This document shows, in pieces, positions 13,362 to 25,645 of a DNA stretch of 64,000 nt. The stretch comes from Monocercomonoides exilis PA203 (Eukaryota > Protista > Preaxostyla): the NCBI GenBank assembly GCA_001643675.2, contig LSRY02000064.1, forward strand, positions 1 to 64,000, read 5' to 3'. A program made the translations under genes and the position numbers. Each line of letters opens with the position of its first letter. Position 1 is the stretch's first letter. The notes below the pieces were generated by a model, which saw nothing but the letters and a program-made list of their open reading frames with translations, was not told where the DNA came from and did not search any database.

Positions 13362-15157
13362 GACTGAAAGAAAATGAAAAAACCTAAAAATAGAGTTGTT
13401 TCAATACATGTGACTTTAACTCATGATAATTGAATTGATATGTGCGATTTCTTTCGAAATCATAATAATTCGATCTCAAATTTTCGATTAAAAACATTCT
13501 TTGAATATATTAAAAAGAATACAATAAAGTTTTGATACAAAAAAGAGAAACTATATTCTTGGATTCAGCTTCGATATTGGTCTTTCAAAATAAATGGAAT
13601 GCACATAACATTTGAATGAGAAAGTTTTAACCAAATATGAAAAACCCTTTCTTTGATCAACACTTCGAAAAAAGTTGTGACATCAAAAATAAACTCCCAT
13701 ATGATAATATCCAATAATATTTGTTGCTTATTGAAAAACAACGAATGATTCGTAATAATAATGATGATGATGAAAATGACATATTTGAACCTATTTATTT
13801 GTTTTGGTTTTTGATTTATTCCTATGAATAAACTAAATCGAAAACAAAATTATTTCTAAAAAAATGTTTCAATTATCAATAATAATTTCAGATTGATTTA
13901 TATTGTTGAATATAAAAGTTTAAGTTTTTAATACAAACTACAAATTCAATAAGAACTTTTTTGATTTATTGAATTAGCATCAACAACAGTTTGGAAAACT
14001 GTCCGTTGCTTCTGTCAGTGTTGTCATTCCCATCGCTGATGTGCTATTTATAACATGTCTAAATTTTTTTGAAAATTTCCTTTTGTTTAATTTTCTAATA
14101 TAATAAACATTTCATATTTTGATCAAATTTATGTTCCCAATTATGAAACTTCACAAAAACGGAAATACAAACATTGTCAAGAATTTGTTTCCATAACAGA
14201 AAAATTTGGTCTATGTGAACAGAAATTTGAGAGAAATATGAAATTTTTATTCTATTTGTAAATTAAACAAAAGGAACTTTTCAAAAAAATTTAGACACAT
14301 AGAAAAAATCATCCCATTAATATAAATTGAAAATACAACTAATTGAAAATGAATGACTCTTTAGTCAAAAATTATCAAAATGGAACACAACACTTTTGCT
14401 TTTCGAGCAATAAAACTTGAATTTATGTATCAAAAAAATTTTTTTTGAATTCAAGTTTTAGAATATTTAAAAATAAAAAATCATCACATCACGTTATTTT
14501 TCAAAAAGAACCGTAATCTTGCATGTGTCGCAAATGCAAATTTTTAAAAATTGACTGAAATTTTCATTGCAAAATGAAGATATCTCAAATGACATAGCAC
14601 TAATATATTCAAAATATGTCGAGACAAAAAGAAAAGGAGTAAATCAAGTTTGAACAAAGAAGAGCGGTTTTCATCGGGGAAATATTTAAATTCTTTTCAA
14701 AGTGAAATGCTTCGAATATAACCAAACAAATGAAAAGATGAGGGAAAGTTTGAACAACTCAAAAAAATTCTTGAAGATAAATTTTCAAATTTTATTAAAA
14801 CGTTCTCTTTTCATCACTTAAATAATTTTTCATGAGTTGCAAAATGATTTAAAATATTTATCAATGAATGAGGACATAATAGAAAAATTTTAAAAATAAA
14901 AATTTGACATTAAAATATAAATTGAAATGAATTTCGCACAAATAACAATCATGAAAATCAAAAATTGACGAGTGATATATTTAATAAGGTTGATTATTTT
15001 TGAAATATACATATATTTCGGAATTTGGATTATAACAAAGTTTCTTATTATTTTCGTAGATGATTCATGCTGAAATGTTCAACACATTCCAATAATCATA
15101 AAAAATTAAAGTTTGACAAAAACAAATCACAAAGAACTCTTCAAATGGAAAGACGCT

Positions 15158-15287
15158 TTTATTTTTATTTTTATTTTTATTTTTATTTTTATTTATATTT
15201 TTATTTTTATTTTTATTTTTATTTTTATTTTTATTTTTATTTATATTTTTATTTTTATTTTTATTTTTATTTTTATTTTTATTTTTA

Positions 15288-15318
<31 letters not shown>

Positions 15319-15322
15319 TTAT
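15158..15322. repeat. (TTTTTA)n hexamer microsatellite
   Basis: Tandem ATTTTT units. It produces the spurious FYFYFY ORFs. Confidence 0.95.
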
Positions 15323-15537
15323 TTCATTTATTCATTTTGACAAATTCTCAACATGAATTATTTGACAAAAAAAAAAAAAAAAAAAGGAAACAACAAAAAC
15401 TATTCCATGTTAATTTATCAAATTAAGCAATAAAAGATATAAATAATAGCGAGTAAATGAATGAATATTAAAACTTTCAAATTTAAGAAATTATGATGCA
15501 ATAACCAATATAAGTTAAAAAATCCTTTTCCAACAAG

Positions 15538-15610
15538 CTCGATGTAGTCTAGTCGGTTAGGATATAAGACTCTCACTCTTGTGACCCGGGTTCGATTCCC
15601 GGCATCGAGG
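15538..15610 (+). tRNA. tRNA-Glu(CTC)
   Basis: Acceptor stem CTCGATG/CATCGAG, anticodon arm TAAGA-CT-CTC-AC-TCTTG, T-arm CCGGG-TTCGATT-CCCGG. Confidence 0.93.
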
Positions 15611-15667
15611 ATATTTTTTAAAATATATTTATATTTTTTACAAAAATCATAATTTTGACAAAAATTA

Positions 15668-15740
15668 CGGCCCGAGGCGGGCTCGAACCGCCGACCTTGT
15701 GGTTAACAGCCACACGCTCTGCCGACTGAGCCATCAGGCC
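15668..15740 (-). tRNA. tRNA-Asn(GTT)
   Basis: GGCCTGA...TGTGG-CT-GTT-AA-CCACA...GGTTCGAGCC...TCGGGCC-G on the minus strand. Confidence 0.95.
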
Positions 15741-16010
15741 TTTGCTCTTTCTTTGAATCATATCTAAATAGCCATATCATGGTTTATTGATAGAATTTAA
15801 ACATTTTATTTCAACATTTTTCTTCATCATTAATTCAAAATGGTTGCAACTTTCTCAAGTCCGACAGCACAACAGATTTACAAAAATGATTTCTATTGAT
15901 ATTAATATATTTTCCGGAGAGAAATAATCTAATTGACAGAAGAGTTGAGCTGAAATACAAACAGTAAATGTCAAGCACTTTTTTCAATTATTTTGGAATT
16001 ATTATTATTT

Positions 16011-18809
16011 GGCGAAATTTCATCTTTAATGATCAGTTTTTTTAAAAACGAGAAGAATAAAAAATAATGGATGCGATCAATGAATATATTAGTTATTTCG
16101 TATGCCCCCTCATATTGCTAACAAAAATTGATGAACTCTTATGTTAGCATGTTTGTTTTTGATGTTTATTTGTTTTCATGGCGAAATAATGTTTCAGTGA
16201 CAAAAGAGTTTTGTTTGAAAAGAGCAAATTTTTAAAATAAAAACACACCCTTGTCTTTTTAAAATTGCTGTTGTTTTGCGATCCTTTGTCCTTATTGTTT
16301 GGATTTTTTAGGAATGACAAAAAATTATAATGGACGCGATCTTTTCGTCTTATTCGTCTTTAGCTTATTTCGGAATTAAAAAGCGAAGTGTCTTGGAAAC
16401 GGAACATTTTAAAGTCTTCATTTTATTTTGTTTTAATATTTGAAATCTATTTTTGAAAATCTATTTTTGAAAATCTATTTTTAATATTTACAAATGCTAA
16501 TATTCTTTATATTTTTGTTTATTAACAGATTTTGAAGGATCGAATAAGCAAAGCAGAAAAATATTTGCTTTTTTGTCTGTTCATTTGTTGAATTAGATAT
16601 CAAGAAAGCAGGGAAGAAGGGATAGGTTCGGATGGAGGGAAGAAAAAGAAAAAGAAAATGATGATGATGATGATGATGAAATCGAAGATGAGATAAATCT
16701 TTGGTTCATTGCATAACAGTTCAATCCAAATTTCTTTTTCAATTATAAATTTGTTTAATCACAGTAATGCATTGAGTTGAACTGCAAAATATGCAAAATG
16801 AGTTGATCATCTTGTTTTATTCTTTATCTTTTTTGTATTTTATATAATTTTTAGTAAATTATTTTGATAATACCAATCAAAATAATTTCAATGAAATATT
16901 GAAGGTTTTAAATTTTGCACTGACAATTTTTCCAATTCCCTTTTATAAGTCAAATATTGTTTTGAAAATTGAATCATTATTTTATGAAATGCTGCTGAAA
17001 GCTAACAGCACAGTGTTTTTCAAACAATTGTTTTAAATATTTTCTTCTGAAGTTGATACGATCCATTGGATGATGGAGAACAAAATACTGGATAAAGGAA
17101 GATACTGTAACAAATGTTAAAGAGAAATGAAGCTTTTCGTTTCCATGATTTGACAAATCGATTTAGATGCAAAAATCAGCAAAAAATGTTTGGAAAAATA
17201 CTAATCTTGAAAAATTCAGATTCAAATCATGCAATACAGGAAAAATGGCATCATGCTTTAAGATAGGCATATCTCAGACTTGTTGTTCGATCGTTTGCAA
17301 TAAATCCTGTTCTGCTGATTGTCGAATGTTCAATTAATTCATAAAATGCATTACAAATATTTCTGAATCAAATCATTTCTTGCTTGGAGGAGAAGATAAA
17401 GAAGTCGAAATAGATGAAGCAATTTTTCCAAAACGAAAATGAAACAAAGGAAGACAGGAAAAACAGTGCTGGATTGTTGGAGGACAGAACGGCTTGCTAA
17501 GAAAGGGATGAAATCAAGAATATTTTTTGCTTCTAGTCATTAAATGAACAAAAGAAGTACTCCATTCAACAATAAAACAGCATGCTTTTCAAAAAACCAG
17601 AATATTTTCGGACTGTCTAAAGTGATATTCAGGGTTGGATAAATCTGGATTCAGTCATTTTTCTGTTAATCATAAAGTTTATTTTGTAAACCCAATCACA
17701 AACGCAGATGCACAAAAAGATGAAAATAAATGGAGCCTTCTGAGAAAATTTCTTCCTCCAAATGGTGTGAGTAACAAATATTTGAACAATTATTTGAACT
17801 CTTTAAAGTTCAAAAGAAATCCGTCATATTCATTCGTTCAATTTGTGTTCATGTTAACATACATACAATTCATTTTTTGAATATTCAACAACAGAATATA
17901 TACTAAATTGAAAACCTTCAATATTTCATTGAAATTATTTTGATTGGTATTATCAAAATAATTTACTAAAAATTATATAAAATACAAAAAAGATAAAGAA
18001 TAAAACAAGATGATCAACTCATTTTGCATATTTTGCAGTTCAACTCAATGCATTACTGTGATTAAACAAATTTATAATTGAAAAAGAAATTTGGATTGAA
18101 CTGTTATGCAATGAACCAAAGATTTATCTCATCTTCGATTTCATCATCATCATCATCATCATTTTCTTTTTCTTTTTCTTCCCTCCATCCGAACCTATCC
18201 CTTCTTCCCTGCTTTCTTGATATCTAATTCAACAAATGAACAGACAAAAAAGCAAATATTTTTCTGCTTTGCTTATTCGATCCTTCAAAATCTGTTAATA
18301 AACAAAAATATAAAGAATATTAGCATTTGTAAATATTAAAAATAGATTTTCAAAAATAGATTTTCAAAAATAGATTTCAAATATTAAAACAAAATAAAAT
18401 GAAGACTTTAAAATGTTCCGTTTCCAAGACACTTCGCTTTTTAATTCCGAAATAAGCTAAAGACGAATAAGACGAAAAGATCGCGTCCATTATAATTTTT
18501 TGTCATTCCTAAAAAATCCAAACAATAAGGACAAAGGATCGCAAAACAACAGCAATTTTAAAAAGACAAGGGTGTGTTTTTATTTTAAAAATTTGCTCTT
18601 TTCAAACAAAACTCTTTTGTCACTGAAACATTATTTCGCCATGAAAACAAATAAACATCAAAAACAAACATGCTAACATAAGAGTTCATCAATTTTTGTT
18701 AGCAATATGAGGGGGCATACGAAATAACTAATATATTCATTGATCGCATCCATTATTTTTTATTCTTCTCGTTTTTAAAAAAACTGATCATTAAAGATGA
18801 AATTTCGCC
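16011..18809 (+). mobile_element. Putative Merlin (IS1595/ISXO2-like) DNA transposon; boundaries tentative
   Basis: GGCGAAATTTC...GAAATTTCGCC ends enclose a Merlin transposase remnant. An internal motif TAATGGAYGCGATC recurs at ~16066 and ~16328. True ends cannot be fixed because the flanks are also inverted. Confidence 0.5.
16984..17880 (+). pseudogene. Degenerate Merlin/ISXO2-like DDE transposase
   Basis: Fragments RYCNKC (Zn ribbon), EVEIDEAIFPKRK*NKGRQEKQCWIVGG, IFSD and HFSVNHKVYFVNPITNADAQKDENKWSLLRK match the family pattern VEIDE..KRKYNRGR..WVFGG / H..VNH...FV.P..G.HT..IE..W. Several stops and frameshifts. Confidence 0.85.
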
Positions 18810-19869
18810 AAATAATAATATAGATTGTGCAAAAAATACCGGACAACATTAACTATAAAGGGAAAGTTGAAGATTTGTTCAAAATATCAAATAATCAATA
18901 TTGAAACACATTATGCAATAATAATTTTATGCATTTTTCGGAAATAATTTTCTTATCAATAACCCATTAAATCGTTGTTATTTTGTCGTAATTTCTATTC
19001 AGCTGAATTTTTATTTTGATTGTTATTTGCAAATAGCTTCACGTCACATTTAAAACACTAATTTACAAACTAAAAAACATATGTACATTCGACTTTTAAA
19101 AAAACAGTTTCCTATTTAAGAAATGAATTGATATCATTATCAAAACAAAATTCACACACGCACAAACCAATATTCTATCATTAACACAAAAATTATTCAA
19201 CCATTAATGAATTTGCTCAACACTCTTTCTCATTGTTAAAAAATTATATAAAAGTCCACATTTATGGAAGAAAAAAAGCTGAAGAAGTTTTTGAAAGAAA
19301 TACATGAAAATAATAAGGATAAATCATAAAAAACAACAAAATCAAAAATTATAACAAAATAACTCTTCTGTAATTATTTTAACCATTGTGATCACATGAA
19401 AATTGAAGAAGATCTTCAGTTGAAAATTGCAGTCTTTGTTGAAATAAAACTGAAAAAAAAACAGGATGAATTCTTATGTGAATAAAGAAAACAAAAAAGG
19501 AATACACTTCTGTTAAATCAGATAATAATTTGAAGTGATCGTTTTCAGGAGAATAACTATGAAAAAACAACATCGAAAGGAAAAAAAACAGAAACAGATT
19601 TTTCAGCAAAAAAATCTTTTCAACAAACCTTCTGTTCAGTTATTATTATTTCTTTATCATTTTTTCTTTAAGGAAGATGAGAAGGGAAAAAACTTTCAAG
19701 TCAATGAATTGTGATCAATAAGCCCATTAATTAAACATAAAGAAGTATAATAAATTATTTGTGTCATCCTTGTTTAAATAGTTATTTTTCTGATTAATTA
19801 ATTCACCAAGTTGAAAATTAGTTATCAATAATGTTTGCACAAAATATCTATTTTTTTTAATCTTCACTG

Positions 19870-20782
19870 TTTGTTGATCAACTATGGACAATCTTCAAGA
19901 AACATGGAGTTTTTCTGTTTTGTTTCAAATTAGTCTATGATCATTTCAGTTGTTAACTCATCACTTGATTCAACATAGCACTTCATTACATCCTTCATTC
20001 ACACTTCTTGATGAAAGAGAAAATGAAATCAACAAAAATTTTGATTTCACATCAGAAATTGGCACAAACTCCAGTTCAATCATTCTTCCCGTTGATTTGA
20101 TCAAAGGAAATTCAATTGTTCTTTCTTTCCCTCCATTCACACTCTCATGCAGTTCTTCATTTGCAACTCTTTATCTTCAGCACTTGATTCGATCACTGCT
20201 GAGATTGCTCTGTTAAAGCTCGATGGAACAACAATCCCAATGAACTGAATTTCTGTCACCGATGCTGATTTCAGAGCACAATCTTCTTCAGATCCATTCA
20301 CTTCTGTTTGGCATTCTATCTCCGCAATTGTCTCTGATTTGGCCTTCACATTCATTCCTCCCATATCCAAACATCCAGCTTCTATCGATTTCGAACACAC
20401 AGCAATTTCTTCTTTTATATTATGTGTTCTCATCAAACGCACCATCCCATAATTCACATTCTCACAAGGTGCTTTCTCCAAACCACAACACACATCCTCA
20501 ACACCAGATGCTCCATCAACATAGACTTTATCATCAAACGAATCGTCAAAAAAATATGAACAAATCAACATCCCAACCGCCAAATGGATCTGTTCTGTCA
20601 TTCTCAGCAATCGAATTGTCTTTTCGAGTGATGTTTTTCATGTGGGCGAACAAGGACTCTTTCACAAAAGCGGCAAGGGACTCACACACAAAAAATGCAT
20701 TTCTTCCGACACATGAATTGTTGGCCGAAAACACGAAATTTACAACGACAAAAGATGAAGCTGACAATACTAATTTGTACAC
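19870..20782 (-). pseudogene. Cargo: frameshifted fragment of a large repetitive (beta-helix/surface-protein-like) host gene
   Basis: ORFs 20546..20782 and 20137..20610 join across a T-run (GRNAFFVCESL...DVDLFIFF/DD..KVYVDGASGVEDVCCG..APC). No start or end of a gene. Confidence 0.6.
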
Positions 20783-21899
20783 AATTCATGGTTTAAAATG
20801 TTTTCTGTTTTAATTGCTTAACATGAATTCTTTCATCTATTTTTGTTCACTAAATTATAATCTGCATTTCACGCAAAAACACAAGAGACTTTTTTGTTTA
20901 AAAAACGTTCGGTGTTCAAAATATATTTATTGAAAGAAAAAATTGAGACAAAATTGAAATGCAGTTAATAGAAAACAAAAGGATTCACTTTTTTCTCATT
21001 TTTTTACTGTTACAAACCCTCATGATAAACTAAATTGCATGCAACATTAGTTCATTCAACTATGAATAAGATGAAGGTTATTGAAATAGCATTTGAAAAT
21101 TTGAAATTTTCAACATATAAGTTTTTTGTAACTAATTTGGAAAATGGAATTTAAAAAGAAAAGAAATAATCTGAAAGCTCAAAAAGCAGTTCAGCTAGTT
21201 TTTTATAACAGACTTTGGATGATCACAATTATCAATAATTTTTATCCAAACATGTTTTGTTTTCATTCATCAATCAATACATGAATTTTTTTAACACATT
21301 CAGATATTTATATCACATAGTTTTATGTTCCAAAAGAGGAACAAGATTTACAACAAAATTATCAGCTTCAAGCATATTTTGTTTGAAAGATCCTTCACAA
21401 CAACAGCAAACAATTAAATTGCTGCTCTGAGTTTTTTTAATGCTTCAAACAAAAAAAGCCAACCATTGACTTATCCACTATCCAATCTTTATTAATTGTT
21501 TGGGGGGTGTGAAATTTCTTTAAGATAAATTTCAACAATGTGTTCGTTTGATTTTATTATTATTCTTGGAATATAAAATTGAACGTAATTGTTTTCACAA
21601 GATTTCAAATCATTTTCAATACGTTGTTTTTCAATTATTTCCCTCAATTGAAAACTCCAAATACTTTTTTCTTTTTGTTCACGCGTATGTGGCGGAATTC
21701 CATTCTTTGAAAAGCAAAATAAAATTAGTTTTTGATTATTCTTCATATTTTTAAAAAGAAATTGAAAAGAATAATTCGACTCTTCCTTTTGAAGTTGATG
21801 AATTTGTCATTTTGCAATGGATGGATCGTCAGTCCTTAATTGAAAACTGATTTGACAAAGTCTATCAAAGCAAATTAAATGAAAGAACTCAAGAAGGAT

Positions 21900-22300
21900 C
21901 TTTCTTCGAATTTGCTGTTCGCACGACTATTGAAATTTTCAATTGACAATTCGAAGATAATTTTACGACCGCAAAATATCAATGATTAAATAATAACTCT
22001 GTTCTTTTCCAACTTGAATATCTATTTTCTGGATCGTCCAAACAGAATAAGGCTAATTTCAATATAAATGAGTGATTCATTCATTAGCAGCTATGCAATT
22101 CAAGAAATGGGATCTTGTAATTTCGATTTTCAACAAATTCTGACAAAATAATGCTCCTCCTTTATCACTACTCAAACAATTGTTGATCAACAAGAAGTTA
22201 TTGTGAAGTCAGCATTTGTTTGAACTTCGTTTTGTTCGCCCCATCATCTATCTCCACCATTTCAATTTTCTCATTCACCTTATGGAAGAAAAGACTGTTC
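21900..22300 (-). pseudogene. Cargo: decayed GGA(L)-repeat beta-helix-like gene fragment
   Basis: Minus-strand reading NFLLINNCLSSDKGGALFCQNLLKIEITRSHFLNCIAAN among stops. Confidence 0.45.
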
Positions 22301-22708
22301 ATAACATATCAAACAACACTTCTTGGATTTTTTCAAATTGTTTTAGTTCCGACATGTGTTATAGGATCATTGAAAAAGAGCATGTTTCAGGGAAAAAAAA
22401 GTGGTGTAAACTTTGAAGAATAGTGGATGGGCTGTTTTGAAAAGGAGTATTGATTAACAAACGTTGACGAAACATGTTCAAAAAACATTTGATTGTCAGA
22501 ATGATCGCATCAAAAAAAAAACATATTTCAAACATTGTCTTATCATAAAAAGAGTTTAAAAATTTTTTATCAGATGTTTTTTGCATTAAATTCGAAATAA
22601 TGAAATGAGCATGTTTTCAATTGAAAAAAATGATTGCGATATTAATTTCATTAATTTGGCTTTCAATACTTATATCTTTGTGAAAATAACAGCCAATTGG
22701 CATATTTA

Positions 22709-24655
22709 TTAACCAAAAGAAGAAGTTGAATACTCAATCGAAGAATCTTCGCTATTCTCTGTGGTTGTGCTGTCTTGAAATGTGCTTGAGTCTGCAAATG
22801 AATCTTCGTAAAAATACATGTCAATTCTTTTCTGTGTCTTGACAGATCTAGTTCGTCGAAATTGTTTTATATCTTCAGCACTCTCAGAATCACTATCGGA
22901 CTTCTTGCACCGTTTGGTTATCGATCGTTTTGGTTTTCTATCAGCGGGATCACCTTTCTTTTTTCTCTTCATACTAAAAATACATTCATTCTCATCATCT
23001 TCTGGCGAAGAATCTTTATCTTTTTCTTTTTTTGATAGATATTTTCTTTTATCAATTCTCGCTAAATCTTCCACACGCTTTTTTATCTTGTCTCTCTTTT
23101 TCATCAACATTTCGACAACATATGATGGATGATCATCTATCCATCCCTTCCAATATTTAATTTCATCTTCCTTTTCGTGTTTCTTTTCTTCTTCTTTCCT
23201 TTCTTCTTTTTCATCTTCCTTTTCGTTTTTCTTTTCTTCTTCTTTCCTTTCTTCTTTTTCATCTTCCTTTTTTCCTTCATTTTCTTCTTTCTTTTCAACT
23301 ATTTCTTTGTTTGGATCTTCGTTTTCAGTGCATTCCTGAGAAACATCTTCATCTTTTAACATTCTTTCAATATGTTGAGCCATCCTAAACAAATCAACTG
23401 AAACAATTTGTTTGTTATCTTCATTTTTGCAGATGATTCCAGCTCTTCTAAAAGCAGCTCTGTTAATGATCGGAATTGTGCATGATTGATAACTTTTGAC
23501 AATACCTGTCAGGATATGTGCCTGCTGCCTTGATGGGAACAGAGATCTTAACTTGCGTAGATTATTTTTGAGGTTTGAGAATGTAACCAAATCCAAAGGA
23601 GAGAATAAATGCGATGAATGAGGTGGAATGAAAATAATGCATATCTTGTTTTGCTCCATCACATGAAGTGCTTCTGCACCAGAATGTGCTCTGAACCCAT
23701 CTGCAATAAGAACCGTTTTTTTGTTTGGTTCATCCTTCAGCCTATTAATATGAGGTATAAAACAAATATTAAGCCATTCTAAAAAGATTTGTGAAGTACA
23801 ATAACCTTTGGATGAGTTTTTGATAACTACATCCACTCCATCAAGCAAATCTCCAAATATAATAGATTGAACAGTAGCGGTTTTAATTATTAGCATGGGA
23901 ACAACTGAAGGACCAACAAGAGGAATACACCCAATCAATGATACCAGGTTTCCATCTCGAATAACGTTGTATGTAACATTCCCGTCATCCACTTCCTTTG
24001 GGCATATCACTTTTTTCTTTTTAGCATCTACATATTCTTGAATTCCTGTTTCATCCATGCAAAAAACTAATTGTGGTTCCACATTATAAAAAACTTTTTG
24101 CAATTCTGTCACATATTCTTTTCCCAATGACTGCTTCACTTCTTTCCTTTTCACTTCAATTGGCTTTGCTAATCTTTTTTTTAATTTGTCTCTATGAGAC
24201 AACAGAAAATGCCGAACAAAGGAGTAAGAAATATTTAATTCGTAAGTTAAATTGATGTAAGTTTGTAAGGAAGAAATGGTAAAAGGATTTCCTTGATTAT
24301 ATTTATCAACGCAAAGCTTTACCAGCTCCATCTCCTTTTCTTTTGACATAGCACATGGTCTTCCTCTTTCTTTCAGTTCTTTATTTGCCATTTTAATTAA
24401 TTCGTCTATTCTTGATTTTTTGTAATTAACAAACAATTGCAGTCCTCTCGATGTTGAGTATTTTGGATAATAACGAATGAGTAGCTCTTGTAAATATTTC
24501 AACATGATTGGGACATTTTCTGGATGAAAAGATTCCAATTCATTGAATATTATCATTGCCGTTTCGTAATCGATATATTCAGTCAGTTTTTCTAATAGCT
24601 TTGATTTTTGCAACAATGAGCTTCCATTCACTCCAGAATCTTCCTCCGTTGACAT
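22709..24655 (-). CDS. Intact pogo-like DDE_1 transposase (648 aa)
   Basis: GRP-type N-terminal region, CMDETG, LIADGFRAH and PPHSSHLFSPLD, with 35 residues between the 2nd and 3rd Asp. Charged C-terminal tail with a 51-bp tandem repeat. Confidence 0.93.
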   Translation of the reverse strand: MSTEEDSGVNGSSLLQKSKLLEKLTEYIDYETAMIIFNELESFHPENVPIMLKYLQELLIRYYPKYSTSRGLQLFVNYKKSRIDELIKMANKELKERGRPCAMSKEKEMELVKLCVDKYNQGNPFTISSLQTYINLTYELNISYSFVRHFLLSHRDKLKKRLAKPIEVKRKEVKQSLGKEYVTELQKVFYNVEPQLVFCMDETGIQEYVDAKKKKVICPKEVDDGNVTYNVIRDGNLVSLIGCIPLVGPSVVPMLIIKTATVQSIIFGDLLDGVDVVIKNSSKGYCTSQIFLEWLNICFIPHINRLKDEPNKKTVLIADGFRAHSGAEALHVMEQNKICIIFIPPHSSHLFSPLDLVTFSNLKNNLRKLRSLFPSRQQAHILTGIVKSYQSCTIPIINRAAFRRAGIICKNEDNKQIVSVDLFRMAQHIERMLKDEDVSQECTENEDPNKEIVEKKEENEGKKEDEKEERKEEEKKNEKEDEKEERKEEEKKHEKEDEIKYWKGWIDDHPSYVVEMLMKKRDKIKKRVEDLARIDKRKYLSKKEKDKDSSPEDDENECIFSMKRKKKGDPADRKPKRSITKRCKKSDSDSESAEDIKQFRRTRSVKTQKRIDMYFYEDSFADSSTFQDSTTTENSEDSSIEYSTSSFG

Positions 24656-25133
24656 TTTTATGTTTAATTTTTAGATATAATGGTATAAATATTCATAAAT
24701 TATATATTTTTTGATAAATTAAAAAGAGTCAAAATTAGAACTCAATATTACTAATTTTATCTTTTTATCAAATAAATAATTCAGTTCTATTGAAACCTAA
24801 AAATAGAACTGACCATAAATTTATTTTTTATCCGGTATTTTTTGCGATGTCCGGTATTTTTTGCACAATCTATAATTCCAAAATAATTGAAAAAAGTGCT
24901 TGACATTTACTGTTTGTATTTCAGCTCAACTCTTCTGTCAATTAGATTATTTCTCTCCGGAAAATATATTAATATCAATAGAAATCATTTTTGTAAATCT
25001 GTTGTGCTGTCGGACTTGAGAAAGTTGCAACCATTTTGAATTAATGATGAAGAAAAATGTTGAAATAAAATGTTTAAATTCTATCAATAAACCATGATAT
25101 GGCTATTTAGATATGATTCAAAGAAAGAGCAAA

Positions 25134-25206
25134 GGCCTGATGGCTCAGTCGGCAGAGCGTGTGGCTGTTAACCACAAGGTCGGCGGTTCGAGCCCGCCTC
25201 GGGCCG
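25134..25206 (+). tRNA. tRNA-Asn(GTT), duplicate copy
   Basis: Identical to 15668-15740, inverted. Confidence 0.95.
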
Positions 25207-25263
25207 TAATTTTTGTCAAAATTATGATTTTTGTAAAAAATATAAATATATTTTAAAAAATAT

Positions 25264-25336
25264 CCTCGATGCCGGGAATCGAACCCGGGTCACAAGAGTG
25301 AGAGTCTTATATCCTAACCGACTAGACTACATCGAG
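25264..25336 (-). tRNA. tRNA-Glu(CTC), duplicate copy
   Basis: Identical to 15538-15610, inverted. Confidence 0.93.
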
Positions 25337-25545
25337 CTTGTTGGAAAAGGATTTTTTAACTTATATTGGTTATTGCATCATAATTTCTTAAATTTGAAAG
25401 TTTTAATATTCATTCATTTACTCGCTATTATTTATATCTTTTATTGCTTAATTTGATAAATTAACATGGAATAGTTTTTTGTTGTTTCCTTTTTTTTTTT
25501 TTTTTTTGTCAAATAATTCATGTTGAGAATTTGTCAAAATGAATA

Positions 25546-25555
25546 AATGAAATAA

Positions 25556-25586
<31 letters not shown>

Positions 25587-25645
25587 TAAAAATAAAAATA
25601 AAAATATAAATAAAAATAAAAATAAAAATAAAAATAAAAATAAAA
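25546..25645. repeat. (TAAAAA)n microsatellite, shorter copy in the right arm
   Basis: Inverted copy of 15158-15322 with fewer units. Confidence 0.95.

Larger units (their letters stand above)
13438..16909. repeat. Left arm (~3.5 kb) of a large inverted duplication
   Basis: Reverse complement matches 17911-18820, 24873-26393 and 30341-31319 almost perfectly where compared. Differences seen: microsatellite length, homopolymer lengths and one SNP near 14885/25917. Confidence 0.95.
18821..24872 (-). mobile_element. pogo-like (IS630-Tc1-mariner group, DD35D) DNA transposon, 6052 bp, carrying host-gene fragments
   Basis: Perfect 25-bp TIR TAGATTGTGCAAAAAATACCGGACA. TA TSD at 18819-18820 and 24873-24874. 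Empty site at ~16000 in the left arm. Extra TCCGGTATTTTTTGC copy at the right end. Confidence 0.95.

Noticed and set aside
14560-14900. Possible transposase N-terminal remnant within the palindrome arm
   Set aside because: Too degenerate; no catalytic motif or TIR found.
15067-15426. FYFYFY/FIFIFI ORFs (also 25448-25735)
   Set aside because: These are translations of a hexamer microsatellite.
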